Origin: an uncultured Collinsella sp.
Lineage (GTDB): Bacteria > Actinomycetota > Coriobacteriia > Coriobacteriales > Coriobacteriaceae
NCBI GenBank assembly: GCA_937989875.1
Contig: CALKBO010000028.1
Location: forward strand, 1,616-65,615
Reading direction: 5' to 3'
DNA length: 64,000 bases
A model generated the notes under the pieces. It worked only from the letters and a program-made list of their open reading frames with translations, ran no database searches and was not told the origin of the DNA. The position numbers and the translations under genes are program-made. Positions within the stretch are counted from its first letter, which is position 1; each line of letters starts with the position of its first letter. This document shows, piece by piece, positions 51,082 through 61,157 of this stretch.

Positions 51082-51119
51082 CGTTTTGGGTTCAGACGCC
51101 TAACGTAGCCCCCCTCATG

Positions 51120-51147
51120 CCGTCCGTCTCATTCGTGAGGCGGACGG
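51120..51147 (+). terminator. Strong hairpin downstream of ppdK
   Basis: ccgtccgtctca-ttcg-tgaggcggacgg is a 12-bp stem with a tetraloop. The U-tract is poor (ttatcatg), so terminator function is uncertain. Confidence 0.45.
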
Positions 51148-51193
51148 TTATCATGTGCGGGTTTTGTCTTTTTGTCTGCGTAAAAAATTGTTC

Positions 51194-51221
51194 TTGCAGC
51201 AGAAACCCGCGCGTGTATACT
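51194..51221 (+). promoter_or_regulatory. Candidate promoter of rplS
   Basis: TTGCAG, 16 nt, TATACT, about 70 nt upstream of the rplS ATG. Confidence 0.35.
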
Positions 51222-51290
51222 CGAATACGTTTGTTCAACTACGTGCCGGCCAGAGTGGTACGGCACCTCTAGAAGAGTAAGGAATTGCAC

Positions 51291-51632
51291 ATGGATTACA
51301 TCCGCGCAATCGAGCGTCAGCAGATCCGCGAGGACATTCCTCAGGTTCGCGTCGCCGACAACGTCAAGGTTCACTACCGCATTAAGGAAGGCGACCGCGA
51401 GCGCATCCAGGTCTTCCAGGGCGACGTCATCCGCATGGCCGGCGCCGGTGCCCGCGAGACCTTCACCGTCCGCAAGATGTCCTTCGGTGTCGGTGTTGAG
51501 CGTACCTTCCCGCTTCACAGCCCCAAGATCGCCAAGCTCGAGGTCGTTCGTCATGGTCGCGTCCGTCGCGCCAAGCTGTACTACCTCCGCGACAAGGTGG
51601 GCAAGGCTGCTCGCATCCCCGAGAAGCGCTAA
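51291..51632 (+). CDS. rplS: 50S ribosomal protein L19
   Basis: [33 protein letters not shown] is the conserved L19 core. ATG 51291 follows gtaaggaa. Confidence 0.95.
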   Translation: MDYIRAIERQQIREDIPQVRVADNVKVHYRIKEGDRERIQVFQGDVIRMAGAGARETFTVRKMSFGVGVERTFPLHSPKIAKLEVVRHGRVRRAKLYYLRDKVGKAARIPEKR

Positions 51633-51667
51633 GAAGATCGCAGCGTCTGTCCACTCGTTTGGACACA

Positions 51668-51696
51668 AGGGTCACCTTCGGGTGGCCCTTCTTTTT
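51668..51696 (+). terminator. Intrinsic terminator after rplS
   Basis: agggtcacc-ttcg-ggtggccct followed by tcttttt. Confidence 0.75.
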
Positions 51697-51725
51697 ATCT
51701 GATTTGCATGCAAGGAGGGCCTGGT

Positions 51726-52514
51726 ATGGCCAATATGACGAGCTCGGTTTCGGCATCGCAGGTTGCCGGAGAGCTAGCGAGCGCAACGTTTGAGGAGATC
51801 CCCGCCCTCGTGGAGCATTATCGCGAGGACCCGCGCCAGCAGGTGATCAAGGCTTGTGAACGCGCCCTCAAACGCCATGCTAAGGAACTTGCCGAGCGCG
51901 AGCGCGTCAATGACATGTACGAGCTTATGCATGAGCTTGGCGGCGATGGGGTGGTCGTTGGTGTCGACGAGGTGGGCCGCGGCTCGGTAGCGGGTCCCTT
52001 AACCGTGTGTGCCGTGTGCCTTCCCATGGAGCCGCGCGTCTGGGGCATCAACGATTCCAAAAAGCTCACGCCGGCGCGCCGCGAGTTGCTCTCAGTGAAG
52101 ATTGCCGAGGTGGCGACGGCGATCGGTTTTTGCCATATCGCGCCTAAGGATATCGATGAGATGGGTATGGCCCGTGCCATCCGCGCTGCCGTTGCGGGTG
52201 CCGTGGCCGATACGGGGCTTGAACCCGACTGCGTCCTCATGGACGGTAACCCTCTGGGTGCCGTTCCCAACGAGCGCGACGTGGTCAAGGGCGATGCCAA
52301 AATCGCCTGCATTGCCGCGGCGTCCATCATGGCCAAGGTCACGCGTGACGAGATGATGGTCGAGTACGACGCCGAGTACCCCGAGTACCATCTGGCCGAG
52401 TCGAAGGGCTATGCAAGCCCCGAGCATATCGAGGCCATTCGCAAACATGGACTTTGTCCGCTGCACCGCGTGAGCTTTTGCGGAAACTTTCTGCAGACTG
52501 AGCGCCTTTTCTAG
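51726..52514 (+). CDS. rnhB: Ribonuclease HII (with an N-terminal extension of about 65 aa)
   Basis: VGVDEVGRGSVAGPL, DSKKLT and the SIMAKVTRD region. ATG 51726 follows aaggaggg; ATG 51708 is an alternative start. Confidence 0.9.
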   Translation: MANMTSSVSASQVAGELASATFEEIPALVEHYREDPRQQVIKACERALKRHAKELAERERVNDMYELMHELGGDGVVVGVDEVGRGSVAGPLTVCAVCLPMEPRVWGINDSKKLTPARRELLSVKIAEVATAIGFCHIAPKDIDEMGMARAIRAAVAGAVADTGLEPDCVLMDGNPLGAVPNERDVVKGDAKIACIAAASIMAKVTRDEMMVEYDAEYPEYHLAESKGYASPEHIEAIRKHGLCPLHRVSFCGNFLQTERLF

Positions 52515-52703
52515 GTCAATTGTGGAGATAGGGACCCCTGGGGTTTTATAAACCTGCTGGTAGCGGGCCGTATGCAACACCATTGCTGCGTACGGCCCGT
52601 TTTTTGTCGGCATTTGGTCAGCTTTTGGTTTGCTTCCGGTACTTACCCGCATGAAAGGTGCCCTCATCATCGGGGCAATGCAGTGTGCGGGAAAGGAGAC
52701 CCC

Positions 52704-53189
52704 ATGAGTGCCGCAAGCAAAAAGAGCAAGACACAGCAGCTCAAGGAGCGTTGGGAAAACGGCGAGCTCGACTGCGGGGCGATGACGCCCGAGTTTATCA
52801 AGGGACTCAGTCCCCGCGAGCTGGGTATGCTGGGCGAGCTGATCACCATCGACTACTTTAACGAGCGCGGCTACACCTTGCTGGAGCAGGGTTATCGTTG
52901 CACCGAGGGCGAGGCTGATCTGGTGCTGCTCGATGAGCTCGACGATGTCGTTGTGATGGCCGAGGTCAAGACGAGACGCGTCGCCCTGGATTGCACCACG
53001 CGGGTCTTTCCCGAGGAGGCCGTGGACGCCCAAAAGCAACGTCGCTACCGCCGCATCGCAAGCTGCTATCTCATGGAGCACTATCCGCTCAAGGCGATCC
53101 GCTTCGATGCCGTGGGCGTCACCATCCGCGGCGGGCATATCGCCGAGATCGAGCACCAGTACAACGCGTTCGATTGGCAGGTGTCGTGA
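52704..53189 (+). CDS. yraN: YraN-family endonuclease (UPF0102)
   Basis: GELITIDYFNERGYTLLEQGYRCTEGEADLVL...VMAEVKTR...IRFDAV pattern. ATG 52704 follows ggaaaggag. Confidence 0.85.
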   Translation: MSAASKKSKTQQLKERWENGELDCGAMTPEFIKGLSPRELGMLGELITIDYFNERGYTLLEQGYRCTEGEADLVLLDELDDVVVMAEVKTRRVALDCTTRVFPEEAVDAQKQRRYRRIASCYLMEHYPLKAIRFDAVGVTIRGGHIAEIEHQYNAFDWQVS

Positions 53190-54712
53190 TGGCGTTCGAG
53201 ACGTTTGCTGTTCACGCTGCCTGCATCCGCGGCGTCGAGGCGATTCCCGTCACGGTCGAGGTATCGCTTGCCGGCGGCGTTCCGGGCATCCAGATGCTCG
53301 GCATCCCGAGTATGGAGGTGATGGAGTCACGCGGTCGTATTCGCTGTGCGATGCGCTCCGCCGGGTTCGAGATCCCACGCTCGGGCATTACGGTCAATCT
53401 GGCACCAGGCGATATTCGCAAGACCGGTAGTGGCTTTGATCTTCCCATCGCCATCGCGGTATTGGCGGCCGATGGTCAGATTCCCCGCGACAACCTCGAT
53501 CGCTGCCTTATCGCTGGCGAGCTTGGCTTGGACGGTGCGGTGCTTCCTGTCAAGGGCGAGGTGGCGTTTCAGCTATTGGCTCGCGACATGGGGCTGTCCT
53601 TTATCGCCGGCAGGTCCGACCAACATGTGCCGCTCGCGGGCGTGGATTGCGGCTTTATCGATCATTTGTCTCAGCTTGCCCATGGCATGGGCGATGCCGC
53701 GCGGCACTACTTGGATTCCGAGGGCGTCGAGGCGACCTTTGAGCCCGAGCTCGACTATGCCGACGTGCTGGGGCAGGAGGTCGCCAAACGTGGCATGGCG
53801 CTTGCGGCAGCCGGCGAGCTCGGCCTGCTCATGATCGGCTCGCCCGGTTCGGGCAAGACCATGCTTGCGCGGCGCATGACGGGCATTTTGCCCGAGCTTT
53901 CTCTCGAGGATCAACAAGAGGCGCTGTGCATCCATTCGGTTTTGGGTGAGAACATTGATGGCTTATTGGCAGGTCATCGGCCGTTTCGAAGCCCCCATCA
54001 CAGTATTTCAACGGCTGGCCTCATTGGCGGCGGGCGCCCGGTGCACCCGGGTGAGATCAGCCTTGCTCATGGCGGCGTGCTCTTTTTGGACGAGCTTGCC
54101 GAGTTTCCCACGGGTGTGCTGCAGACGCTCAGACAGCCTATCGAGCGCGGCTATGTGAGGCTCGTACGCGTCGACGGGGCCTTTACCTTCCCGTCGCGCT
54201 TTCAGCTGCTGGCTGCGAGCAATCCCTGCCCCTGCGGCTTTTTGGGCGATCGCGAGGTACCGTGTCGCTGCTCGGCGGCGATGGTCGAGCGCTATCGGTC
54301 TAAACTGCGCGGTCCCTTGGCCGACCGTATCGACATGATGATCGATGTGACCCGTCCCGACCCTCAAGTGATTATCGAGGGTGCGGAGGGTATGTCGTCG
54401 GCCGAGTTACGTGACTACGTTGTGCGCGGTCGTGCCTTTCGCGCCTGGCGCGAGTCCCGTATGGACGATGCGGATGCCGAGGCCGAGGATGACGAGACGC
54501 GGTCCATTGACGGCGTCGTTTCGACCTTCGAGCTCGATGATGCTGCCGAGAAATGCGTACTCGGCCTATCCAAACGCACGCATCTCACGGGCCGCGGCAT
54601 CGTACGCCTGGTGCGTATCGCGCGTACAATCGCTGACGTCGCCGAGAGCGAGCAAGTGACGCAGGACCACGTGCTCGAGGCGGCGATGTACCAGGGAAGG
54701 AGGGACCAATGA
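53189..54712 (+). CDS. comM: YifB/ComM family Mg-chelatase-like AAA+ ATPase
   Basis: Lon-like N-terminal domain (DIRKTGSGFDLPIAIAVL), Walker A GSPGSGKTMLA, and GVLFLDELAEF. The ATG overlaps the yraN stop (TGATG). Confidence 0.92.
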   Translation: MAFETFAVHAACIRGVEAIPVTVEVSLAGGVPGIQMLGIPSMEVMESRGRIRCAMRSAGFEIPRSGITVNLAPGDIRKTGSGFDLPIAIAVLAADGQIPRDNLDRCLIAGELGLDGAVLPVKGEVAFQLLARDMGLSFIAGRSDQHVPLAGVDCGFIDHLSQLAHGMGDAARHYLDSEGVEATFEPELDYADVLGQEVAKRGMALAAAGELGLLMIGSPGSGKTMLARRMTGILPELSLEDQQEALCIHSVLGENIDGLLAGHRPFRSPHHSISTAGLIGGGRPVHPGEISLAHGGVLFLDELAEFPTGVLQTLRQPIERGYVRLVRVDGAFTFPSRFQLLAASNPCPCGFLGDREVPCRCSAAMVERYRSKLRGPLADRIDMMIDVTRPDPQVIIEGAEGMSSAELRDYVVRGRAFRAWRESRMDDADAEAEDDETRSIDGVVSTFELDDAAEKCVLGLSKRTHLTGRGIVRLVRIARTIADVAESEQVTQDHVLEAAMYQGRRDQ

Positions 54713-55644
54713 TAGCTGAGGGGACCTTCGAGCTGCATCCAGGTGATGCGTTGTATCCCGAGAGCGTTTTGGAGCTATCTGATGTACCCCAGACGCTCTA
54801 TGTGCGCGGCAACCCCGAGGTGCTTTCGACGCCCGCGCTCTCCATCATCGGCGCGCGCAAGGCCTCGCCGTATGGCCTTGCCGTGGCAGAGCTTACGGCG
54901 AAGGTGGCGGTTGATGCGGGAGTGACGGTAGTTTCGGGCGGCGCGGTCGGTTGTGACCAGGCCTCGGGTTGGGCTGCGGTCAACGCCGGCGGCAAACACG
55001 TCGTGGTGCTGGGGACGGGCGCCGACGTGGTCTACCCGCGTTCGAGCGCGGGGCTTATTACTCGCACGCTCGATACGGGTGGCGCGGTCGTGTCGATCTC
55101 TCCGTGGGGCATGGGTCCGCGCAAGTTCGCCTTCCCGCGCCGCAATCGCGTGATCGCGGCCCTGTCGCAAGCCCTCTTTGTATCCGAGGCGTGTATGCCT
55201 TCTGGGACGTTTTCTACAGCCGAGGCTGCTATGGATTTGGGGCGCGAACTTCTTGCCGTGCCGGGGTCGATCCTATCGCCCGAGTCGCGTGGCACGAATT
55301 ACCTCATTGCGAACGGTGCCTGCTGCATTGTCGACGAGGAGTCCATCGAGATGGCTATCTCTCGCATATACGGCACCCTGCGCTACTCGCGCCCCGATGC
55401 TCCCGGCATTGCCGACCTGAATCCAACACAGCAGACCGTGATGCATGCGCTCATCGCCTCTCCGCTCAAGGTCGACGACATCGCGGCGCTCGTCTCACTC
55501 GATGCTGTCGGCGTACTCAAACTCTTGGGTTCGCTTGAACTCGAGGGCCTTATCGAGCGCATGATGGATGGAAGGTATGCGCCCTCCAAGTTTGCCCTTC
55601 ACGCCCAGACACCCTTCGGTCACAATGGAAAACGTGTCAATTAG
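54709..55644 (+). CDS. dprA: DNA processing protein DprA (Smf)
   Basis: LSIIGARKASPYG, VVSGGAVGCDQA and FPRRNRVIAALS motifs. Confidence 0.92.
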   Translation: MIAEGTFELHPGDALYPESVLELSDVPQTLYVRGNPEVLSTPALSIIGARKASPYGLAVAELTAKVAVDAGVTVVSGGAVGCDQASGWAAVNAGGKHVVVLGTGADVVYPRSSAGLITRTLDTGGAVVSISPWGMGPRKFAFPRRNRVIAALSQALFVSEACMPSGTFSTAEAAMDLGRELLAVPGSILSPESRGTNYLIANGACCIVDEESIEMAISRIYGTLRYSRPDAPGIADLNPTQQTVMHALIASPLKVDDIAALVSLDAVGVLKLLGSLELEGLIERMMDGRYAPSKFALHAQTPFGHNGKRVN

Positions 55645-55658
55645 AAAGGTGTTTGCAG

Positions 55659-56996
55659 ATGCAGTTCGATCAGGTGACAGTTATCGGTGGCGGTCTGGCG
55701 GGTTCGGAGTGCGCGATCCAGCTGGCAGATCGCGGGTTTGCCGTAAAGCTGTGCGAGATGCGCCCCCAGGTGAGCTCCCCGGCCCACCATACCGATCACC
55801 TGGCAGAGCTCGTCTGCTCCAATTCGTTTAAGTCGACCCGTCCGGATTCCGCGGCTGGTTTGCTGAAAGCCGAGCTTGAGCGCATGGGTTCAGTCCTGCT
55901 CGATTGCGCCCATCGCGCGGCTGTTCCCGCCGGTGGCGCCTTGGCGGTCGACCGCGTCAAGTTTTCCGAGCTTGTCGAGGCCGAGGTTGCCGCCCGTCCC
56001 AATATCGAGGTCGTGCACGGCGAGGTCACGCAGATTCCCGAGGGTCACGTGGTCATAGCCGCGGGCCCGCTGTGTTCACCGGCGCTGAGCGAAGAGGTTA
56101 TGAAGCTCGTCGGTGGCGATGCCCTTGCGTTCTTCGATGCCGCGGCGCCGATCGTCGATGCCTCCACGCTCGATATGGACGTGCTGTTCTCGCAGTCGCG
56201 CTATGAGGAGCAGGGGAGCGGCGACTATCTCAACGCTCCGCTCAATAAGGAGGAGTACGAGGCCTTTATCGAGGCGCTTACCACGGCCGACCGCGTGGTG
56301 CTCAAAGACTTTGAGGGCGGCGATTTGTTCCAGGCCTGCCAGCCTGCCGAGGAAGTTGCGCGCTCCGGCAAGGACGCCATTCGCTTTGGCGCCATGAAGC
56401 CCGTTGGCCTCACCGACCCGCGTACCGGACGTCGCCCCTGGGCGGCGATACAGCTGCGTGCCGAGAACAAGGAGAAGACCGCCTATAACCTGGTGGGCTT
56501 CCAGACCAACTTGACCTTTGGCGAGCAGAAGCGCGTCTTCCATATGGTGCCGGGCCTGGAGAACGCTGAGTTCTTCCGCTACGGTGTCATGCATCGCAAT
56601 ACCTTTGTCGACGCTCCGCACGTGCTCGATGGCACCTTTGCCGTGCCCGGTACCGGCGTGCGCCTGGCCGGTCAGATCACCGGCACCGAGGGGTACATGG
56701 AAGCCGTGGCGACAGGTCTGCTCGCGGCGCTCAACACCTATGCCGAGGCTATCGGTGCCGCGGGCGTCGAGTTGCCGCGTGTGGGTGCCCTGGGTGCGCT
56801 CGTGGGCTATGCGACCGATCCTGCCACCGTGGGCTATCAGCCTATGCATGTCAACTTTGGCCTGGTGCCGCCACTCGAGGATGGTAAGCGCCGCAGCAAG
56901 CGCGACCGCTATCAGGCCTATGCGGACCGTGCGCTCGAGGCCCTCGATGCCTACTTGGCCACGCGTTCCGACTTGTTTGGAGGCGACCGGTCATAG
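55659..56996 (+). CDS. trmFO: Methylenetetrahydrofolate--tRNA-(uracil54-C5)-methyltransferase TrmFO (Gid)
   Basis: VTVIGGGLAGSECA, VCSNSFKS and GQITGTEGY motifs. TTG 55653 is an alternative start. Confidence 0.93.
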   Translation: MQFDQVTVIGGGLAGSECAIQLADRGFAVKLCEMRPQVSSPAHHTDHLAELVCSNSFKSTRPDSAAGLLKAELERMGSVLLDCAHRAAVPAGGALAVDRVKFSELVEAEVAARPNIEVVHGEVTQIPEGHVVIAAGPLCSPALSEEVMKLVGGDALAFFDAAAPIVDASTLDMDVLFSQSRYEEQGSGDYLNAPLNKEEYEAFIEALTTADRVVLKDFEGGDLFQACQPAEEVARSGKDAIRFGAMKPVGLTDPRTGRRPWAAIQLRAENKEKTAYNLVGFQTNLTFGEQKRVFHMVPGLENAEFFRYGVMHRNTFVDAPHVLDGTFAVPGTGVRLAGQITGTEGYMEAVATGLLAALNTYAEAIGAAGVELPRVGALGALVGYATDPATVGYQPMHVNFGLVPPLEDGKRRSKRDRYQAYADRALEALDAYLATRSDLFGGDRS

Positions 56997-57070
56997 CCTT
57001 TGACCTGTACGACACCGTCGACTCTTTTATCGCCTATATCGCACGCGTTGAGGGGCTTTCTCCCAACACG

Positions 57071-57913
57071 GTGACGGCCTATGGCTCGAGACTGGAGCGC
57101 TTTGCTGCCTGGTGCGAGCGCGAGGATATTGATGCTTTCGCTGCCGACGTGCGCACCATTCGTCGCTATCTTGCTGAGCTTTCGCGTGAGCAGGTGGCTC
57201 CCCGAACGCTTGCGGCGCACCTGTCGGCTATCCGATCTCTCTATCGCTGGATGGCTGCCGAGGGGATTGTCGAGGGCGATGCGGTCTCGGCGATCGCGTC
57301 GCCCAAGCTGCCGCGTGACCTGCCGGGCGTCCTTACGACCCAGCAGGTCGAGGCGCTGCTCAAGACGCCTGATACCTCAACACCCGCGGGACTGCGCGAT
57401 GCGGCGATGCTCGAGTTGCTCTATGCCTCGGGTGCCCGCATCTCAGAGCTTGCGGCGCTCAATGTGGAATCCATCTCATGGTCCGAGCGCACGCTGCGCC
57501 TGTGGGGCAAGGGGAGCAAGGAGCGTATCGTCCCTCTGTATCGTCGTGCGCTCGATGTGACGCGTCTCTATATTGAAGAGGGGAGGCCGGAGTTGCTCGC
57601 TCGGGAAAAGCGCCGCGACCTCGCTACCGGGCCGCATCCGCTGCTTATATCGGCGCGCGGCAATCGCATGAGCGCCGCGATGCTCCGGCGGCGGTTCCAT
57701 ACGCTGGCGACGCTCGCCGGCATTCCGGCTGACATCGCCCCGCATGCGATGCGCCATACCTTTGCGACCGACTTGCTCGAGGGCGGTGCGGACCTGCGCT
57801 CGGTTCAAGAGCTGCTAGGTCATGCGAGCCTGTCCACGACGCAGATCTACACGCATCTCACACCCGATCGGCTCAAACGTGCCGTGGCTCAAGCCCATCC
57901 CCGCGGCGAATAG
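57071..57913 (+). CDS. xerC: Tyrosine recombinase XerC/XerD family. The true start is probably upstream (see findings).
   Basis: Catalytic motifs ARISEL (Arg I), HAMRHTFAT (H-x-x-R) and LGHASLSTTQIYTH (His/Tyr). A conserved core-binding N-terminus continues in frame upstream to about 56999 without an ATG, GTG or TTG. Confidence 0.88.
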   Translation: MTAYGSRLERFAAWCEREDIDAFAADVRTIRRYLAELSREQVAPRTLAAHLSAIRSLYRWMAAEGIVEGDAVSAIASPKLPRDLPGVLTTQQVEALLKTPDTSTPAGLRDAAMLELLYASGARISELAALNVESISWSERTLRLWGKGSKERIVPLYRRALDVTRLYIEEGRPELLAREKRRDLATGPHPLLISARGNRMSAAMLRRRFHTLATLAGIPADIAPHAMRHTFATDLLEGGADLRSVQELLGHASLSTTQIYTHLTPDRLKRAVAQAHPRGE

Positions 57914-58132
57914 TGGCTGGGACGTCCCGCGCCGCACTCAGGTGTGTGGTTTTGATTGCGGGTTGGCAGGAAGAGGCATTCCTGCTATCATTCATCGGGT
58001 TGCTTCACGGCAACATGTTTTTATCACGCACGCGCGGCTACTTCATACCGTGGTGCCCGGGCTTTGGTAGCACATGTCCGGGTTGGTTTTGGAGGATGAC
58101 CCCGCGCGGAGGCAAACCACAGGAGGTTTAAC

Positions 58133-58861
58133 ATGGCTACCAAGATTAATATCCGCACCCTGCTCGAGGCCGGCTGCCACTTCGGTCACCAGACCCGTCG
58201 CTGGAACCCCAAGATGAAGCCGTTCATCTTCGGTGAGCGCAACGGCATCTACATCCTCGACCTCAAGCAGACCATCCTCGACGCCGACCAGGCCTACACC
58301 TTCGTCAAGAACGTCGCCAAGGGTGGCAACGTGCTGTTCGTCGGCACCAAGAAGCAGGCTCAGGAGGCCGTCAAGAACGCTGCTGAGCGCGCCAACATGC
58401 CTTACATCAACCAGCGTTGGCTCGGCGGTATGCTGACCAACTTCGTCACCATCCGCTCCCGCATCAACCGCATGGAGGAGCTCGAGGCCATGGTCGAGGA
58501 CGGCCGCATGGCTGTTCTGCCCAAGAAGGAGCAGGCTGTTCTCGGCAAGGAGCTCACCAAGCTCCAGACCAACCTCGGTGGCGCCCGCGACATGAAGGGT
58601 CTGCCCCAGGCTCTCTTCGTCATCGACACCAAGCGCGAGGAGAACGCCATCAAGGAGGCTCAGCGCCTGAACATCCCCGTCGTCGCCCTGATCGACACCA
58701 ACTCCGATCCCGACGAGGTCGAGTACGGCATCCCCTGCAACGATGACGCTATCTCCGCTGTCACCCTTATGTGCGAGCTCATGGCTGACGCCTGCCTCGC
58801 TGGCTCTGGTAAGGAGCAGGTCTCCGAGGCCGAGATGGCCGCTGAGCCCAAGGCCGAGTAA
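58133..58861 (+). CDS. rpsB: 30S ribosomal protein S2
   Basis: [19 protein letters not shown] and [10 protein letters not shown] motifs. Confidence 0.96.
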   Translation: MATKINIRTLLEAGCHFGHQTRRWNPKMKPFIFGERNGIYILDLKQTILDADQAYTFVKNVAKGGNVLFVGTKKQAQEAVKNAAERANMPYINQRWLGGMLTNFVTIRSRINRMEELEAMVEDGRMAVLPKKEQAVLGKELTKLQTNLGGARDMKGLPQALFVIDTKREENAIKEAQRLNIPVVALIDTNSDPDEVEYGIPCNDDAISAVTLMCELMADACLAGSGKEQVSEAEMAAEPKAE

Positions 58862-58906
58862 ATCAGTCTTAGTTAATTCTTTTTCATCTCTTTGAAAGGA
58901 ACCACA

Positions 58907-59776
58907 ATGGCCCAGATTACCGCCGCTATGGTCAAGCAGCTCCGCGAGATGACCGACTCCCCGATGATGGAGTGCAAGAAGGCTCTCGTCGAGGCTGACG
59001 GCGACATGGACGCCGCTGTCGACGTTCTGCGTAAGAACGGCCTTGCCAAGGCTGCCAAGAAGGCTGGCCGTGAGACCAACGAGGGCGCTGTCGCCGCGTT
59101 CGTCTCCGAGGATGGCAAGACCGGCGCTCTGCTCGAGCTCTCCTGCGAGACCGACTTCGTTGGCTCTAACGCCAAGTTCACCGGCTTTGCTTCCAAGGTC
59201 GCTGAGGTTGTCGCTACCACCGAGCCTGCTGACGTCGACGCTCTGCTCGAGAAGCCGATGGGCGAGGAGACCGTTTCCTCCGAGCTCACCGAGATGATTC
59301 ACATCATGGGCGAGAACATGAAGATCTCCCGCTTCGCTGCCCGCAAGGCTGAGAACGGCGCGCTCGCTTCTTACATCCACATGGGTGGTAAGATCGGCGT
59401 CCTCGTCGAGTTCGCCTTCGAGAAGACTGAGACCGCTCAGGCTGAATCCTTCAAGACCTTCGCTCACGACGTTGCCCTTCAGGTTGCCGCCGTCGCCCCG
59501 ATCTGCGCTACCCGCGATCAGGTTCCGGCCGAGACCGTCGAGCACGAGAAGCAGATCTACATGGCTCAGGCTGCCGAGTCCGGTAAGCCCGAGGCTATCC
59601 AGGAGAAGATGGCTGTCGGCCGTCTGGAGAAGTTCTACAAGCAGTCCGTGCTCACCGAGCAGGAGTTCATCAAGGACAGCTCCCTCACCATCAAGAAGTA
59701 CGCTGAGCAGGTCTCCAAGGAGCTCGGCGACACCATTACCGTCGTTGCCTTTGACCGTCTGGTCCGTGGCGAGTAA
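58907..59776 (+). CDS. tsf: Elongation factor Ts
   Basis: MAQITAAMVKQLREMTDSPMMECKKALVEADGDMDAAVDVLRKNG. Confidence 0.96.
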   Translation: MAQITAAMVKQLREMTDSPMMECKKALVEADGDMDAAVDVLRKNGLAKAAKKAGRETNEGAVAAFVSEDGKTGALLELSCETDFVGSNAKFTGFASKVAEVVATTEPADVDALLEKPMGEETVSSELTEMIHIMGENMKISRFAARKAENGALASYIHMGGKIGVLVEFAFEKTETAQAESFKTFAHDVALQVAAVAPICATRDQVPAETVEHEKQIYMAQAAESGKPEAIQEKMAVGRLEKFYKQSVLTEQEFIKDSSLTIKKYAEQVSKELGDTITVVAFDRLVRGE

Positions 59777-59799
59777 ATAAGCTCTTGTAGCTGGTAATG

Positions 59800-59835
59800 A
59801 GCAGGCTGTGGGTTTTACTCACAGCCTGCTTTTTC
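59800..59835 (+). terminator. Intrinsic terminator after tsf
   Basis: agcaggctgtg-ggttttact-cacagcctgct (11-bp stem) followed by tttt. Confidence 0.8.
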
Positions 59836-59894
59836 ATGGCTCTTCTTAGAGCCTTTGATAGAATGTTGAGAGTTCAATCTAAAGGAGGATCGCT

Positions 59895-60617
59895 TTGTCC
59901 GACATCCGATATAAACGCGTGCTTCTTAAGCTTTCCGGCGAAGCGCTGATGGGCGACGGCCAATATGGCATCGACCCCAAGGTTACCGACCATCTTGCTA
60001 AGCAGGTCAAGGAGCTGCTCGCCGTTGGCCATGAGGTCGGCGTCGTTGTCGGCGGCGGCAATATTTTCCGCGGCATGGCAGGCGCTGCCGGTGGCATGGA
60101 GCGTGCTCAGGCCGACTACATGGGCATGCTGGCAACCGTTATGAACGCGCTCGCCCTGCAGGATGCCTTCGAGCATAACGATGTTCCCTGCCGCGTGATG
60201 AGCGCTATCCAGATGAACGAGATCTGCGAGCCCTATATTCGCCGTCGCGCCATCAACCACCTTTCCAAGGGCAACGTCGTTATTTTTGCCGCCGGTTCGG
60301 GCAATCCGTACTTTACGACCGACACCGCCGCGGCTCTTCGTGCGTGCGAGATCGGCGCCGAGATTCTGATTAAAGCCACCAAGGTTGACGGCATCTACGA
60401 TAAGGATCCCGTCAAGTGCGCTGATGCCGTCCGTTTTGACAAGATTACCTATCACGAGGTTCTCGTCCGCGGTCTGCAGGTTATGGATTCCACGGCTACG
60501 GCCCTGTGCCAGGATAACCGTATGCCGATTTTGGTCCTCAACATCGATGGCGAGGACACCGTCAAGCGCGCGCTTTCGGGTGAGCCCGTCGGCACGCTCG
60601 TCTATCAGGAGGATTAA
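59895..60617 (+). CDS. pyrH: UMP kinase
   Basis: [23 protein letters not shown] and [11 protein letters not shown] motifs; TTG start. Confidence 0.95.
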   Translation: MSDIRYKRVLLKLSGEALMGDGQYGIDPKVTDHLAKQVKELLAVGHEVGVVVGGGNIFRGMAGAAGGMERAQADYMGMLATVMNALALQDAFEHNDVPCRVMSAIQMNEICEPYIRRRAINHLSKGNVVIFAAGSGNPYFTTDTAAALRACEIGAEILIKATKVDGIYDKDPVKCADAVRFDKITYHEVLVRGLQVMDSTATALCQDNRMPILVLNIDGEDTVKRALSGEPVGTLVYQED

Positions 60618-60619
60618 GC

Positions 60620-61156
60620 ATGGCAGAGAACATCACCGCCCACATGGACAAGTCGCTCGAGTCCCTCAAGCATAACTTCTCCAAGGTTCGTACCGGCCGC
60701 GCCAATGCCAACATTCTGTCCGACATCACCGTCGATTATTACGGTGTTCCCACGCCGGTCACGCAGGTTGCCGCCGTCAAGACCCCCGAGGCCCACATGC
60801 TGCTCATCGAGCCGTGGGACAAGGCACTCATCAACGCTATCGTCAAGGCCATCGGCGCTTCCGATCTGGGTATTACCCCCAACTCCGATGGCACCGTCGT
60901 TCGTCTGCCGTTCCCGGCTCCCACCGAGGAGCGCCGTCGCGAGCTCGTCAAGGAGTGCCGCGAGTACGCTGAGCAGGCCAAGGTGTCTATCCGTAACATC
61001 CGTCGCGACTTCAACAACAAGCTCGAGCGCGATGAGGAGCTCACCGAGGACGATGTCCGTCGCGAGCAGGCCAAGGTCCAGAAGCACACCGATGAGTATG
61101 TCGCCAAGGTCGAGGAGCTTCTGAAGGAAAAAGAAGCCGAGGTCATGGAGATCTAA
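60620..61156 (+). CDS. frr: Ribosome recycling factor
   Basis: FSKVRTGRANANILSDITVDYYG and IRNIRRD motifs. Confidence 0.96.
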   Translation: MAENITAHMDKSLESLKHNFSKVRTGRANANILSDITVDYYGVPTPVTQVAAVKTPEAHMLLIEPWDKALINAIVKAIGASDLGITPNSDGTVVRLPFPAPTEERRRELVKECREYAEQAKVSIRNIRRDFNNKLERDEELTEDDVRREQAKVQKHTDEYVAKVEELLKEKEAEVMEI

Positions 61157-61157
61157 G

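Noticed and set aside
57914-58132. ORFs 57822..58070 and 57913..58131 and several hairpins upstream of rpsB as a possible small gene or S2 autoregulatory leader
   Set aside because: The ORFs lack motifs and RBS. The hairpins (e.g. gcaggaa...ttcctgc, gttgc...gcaac) are plausible xerC terminator or rpsB leader structures, but I cannot match them to a defined RNA motif from memory.
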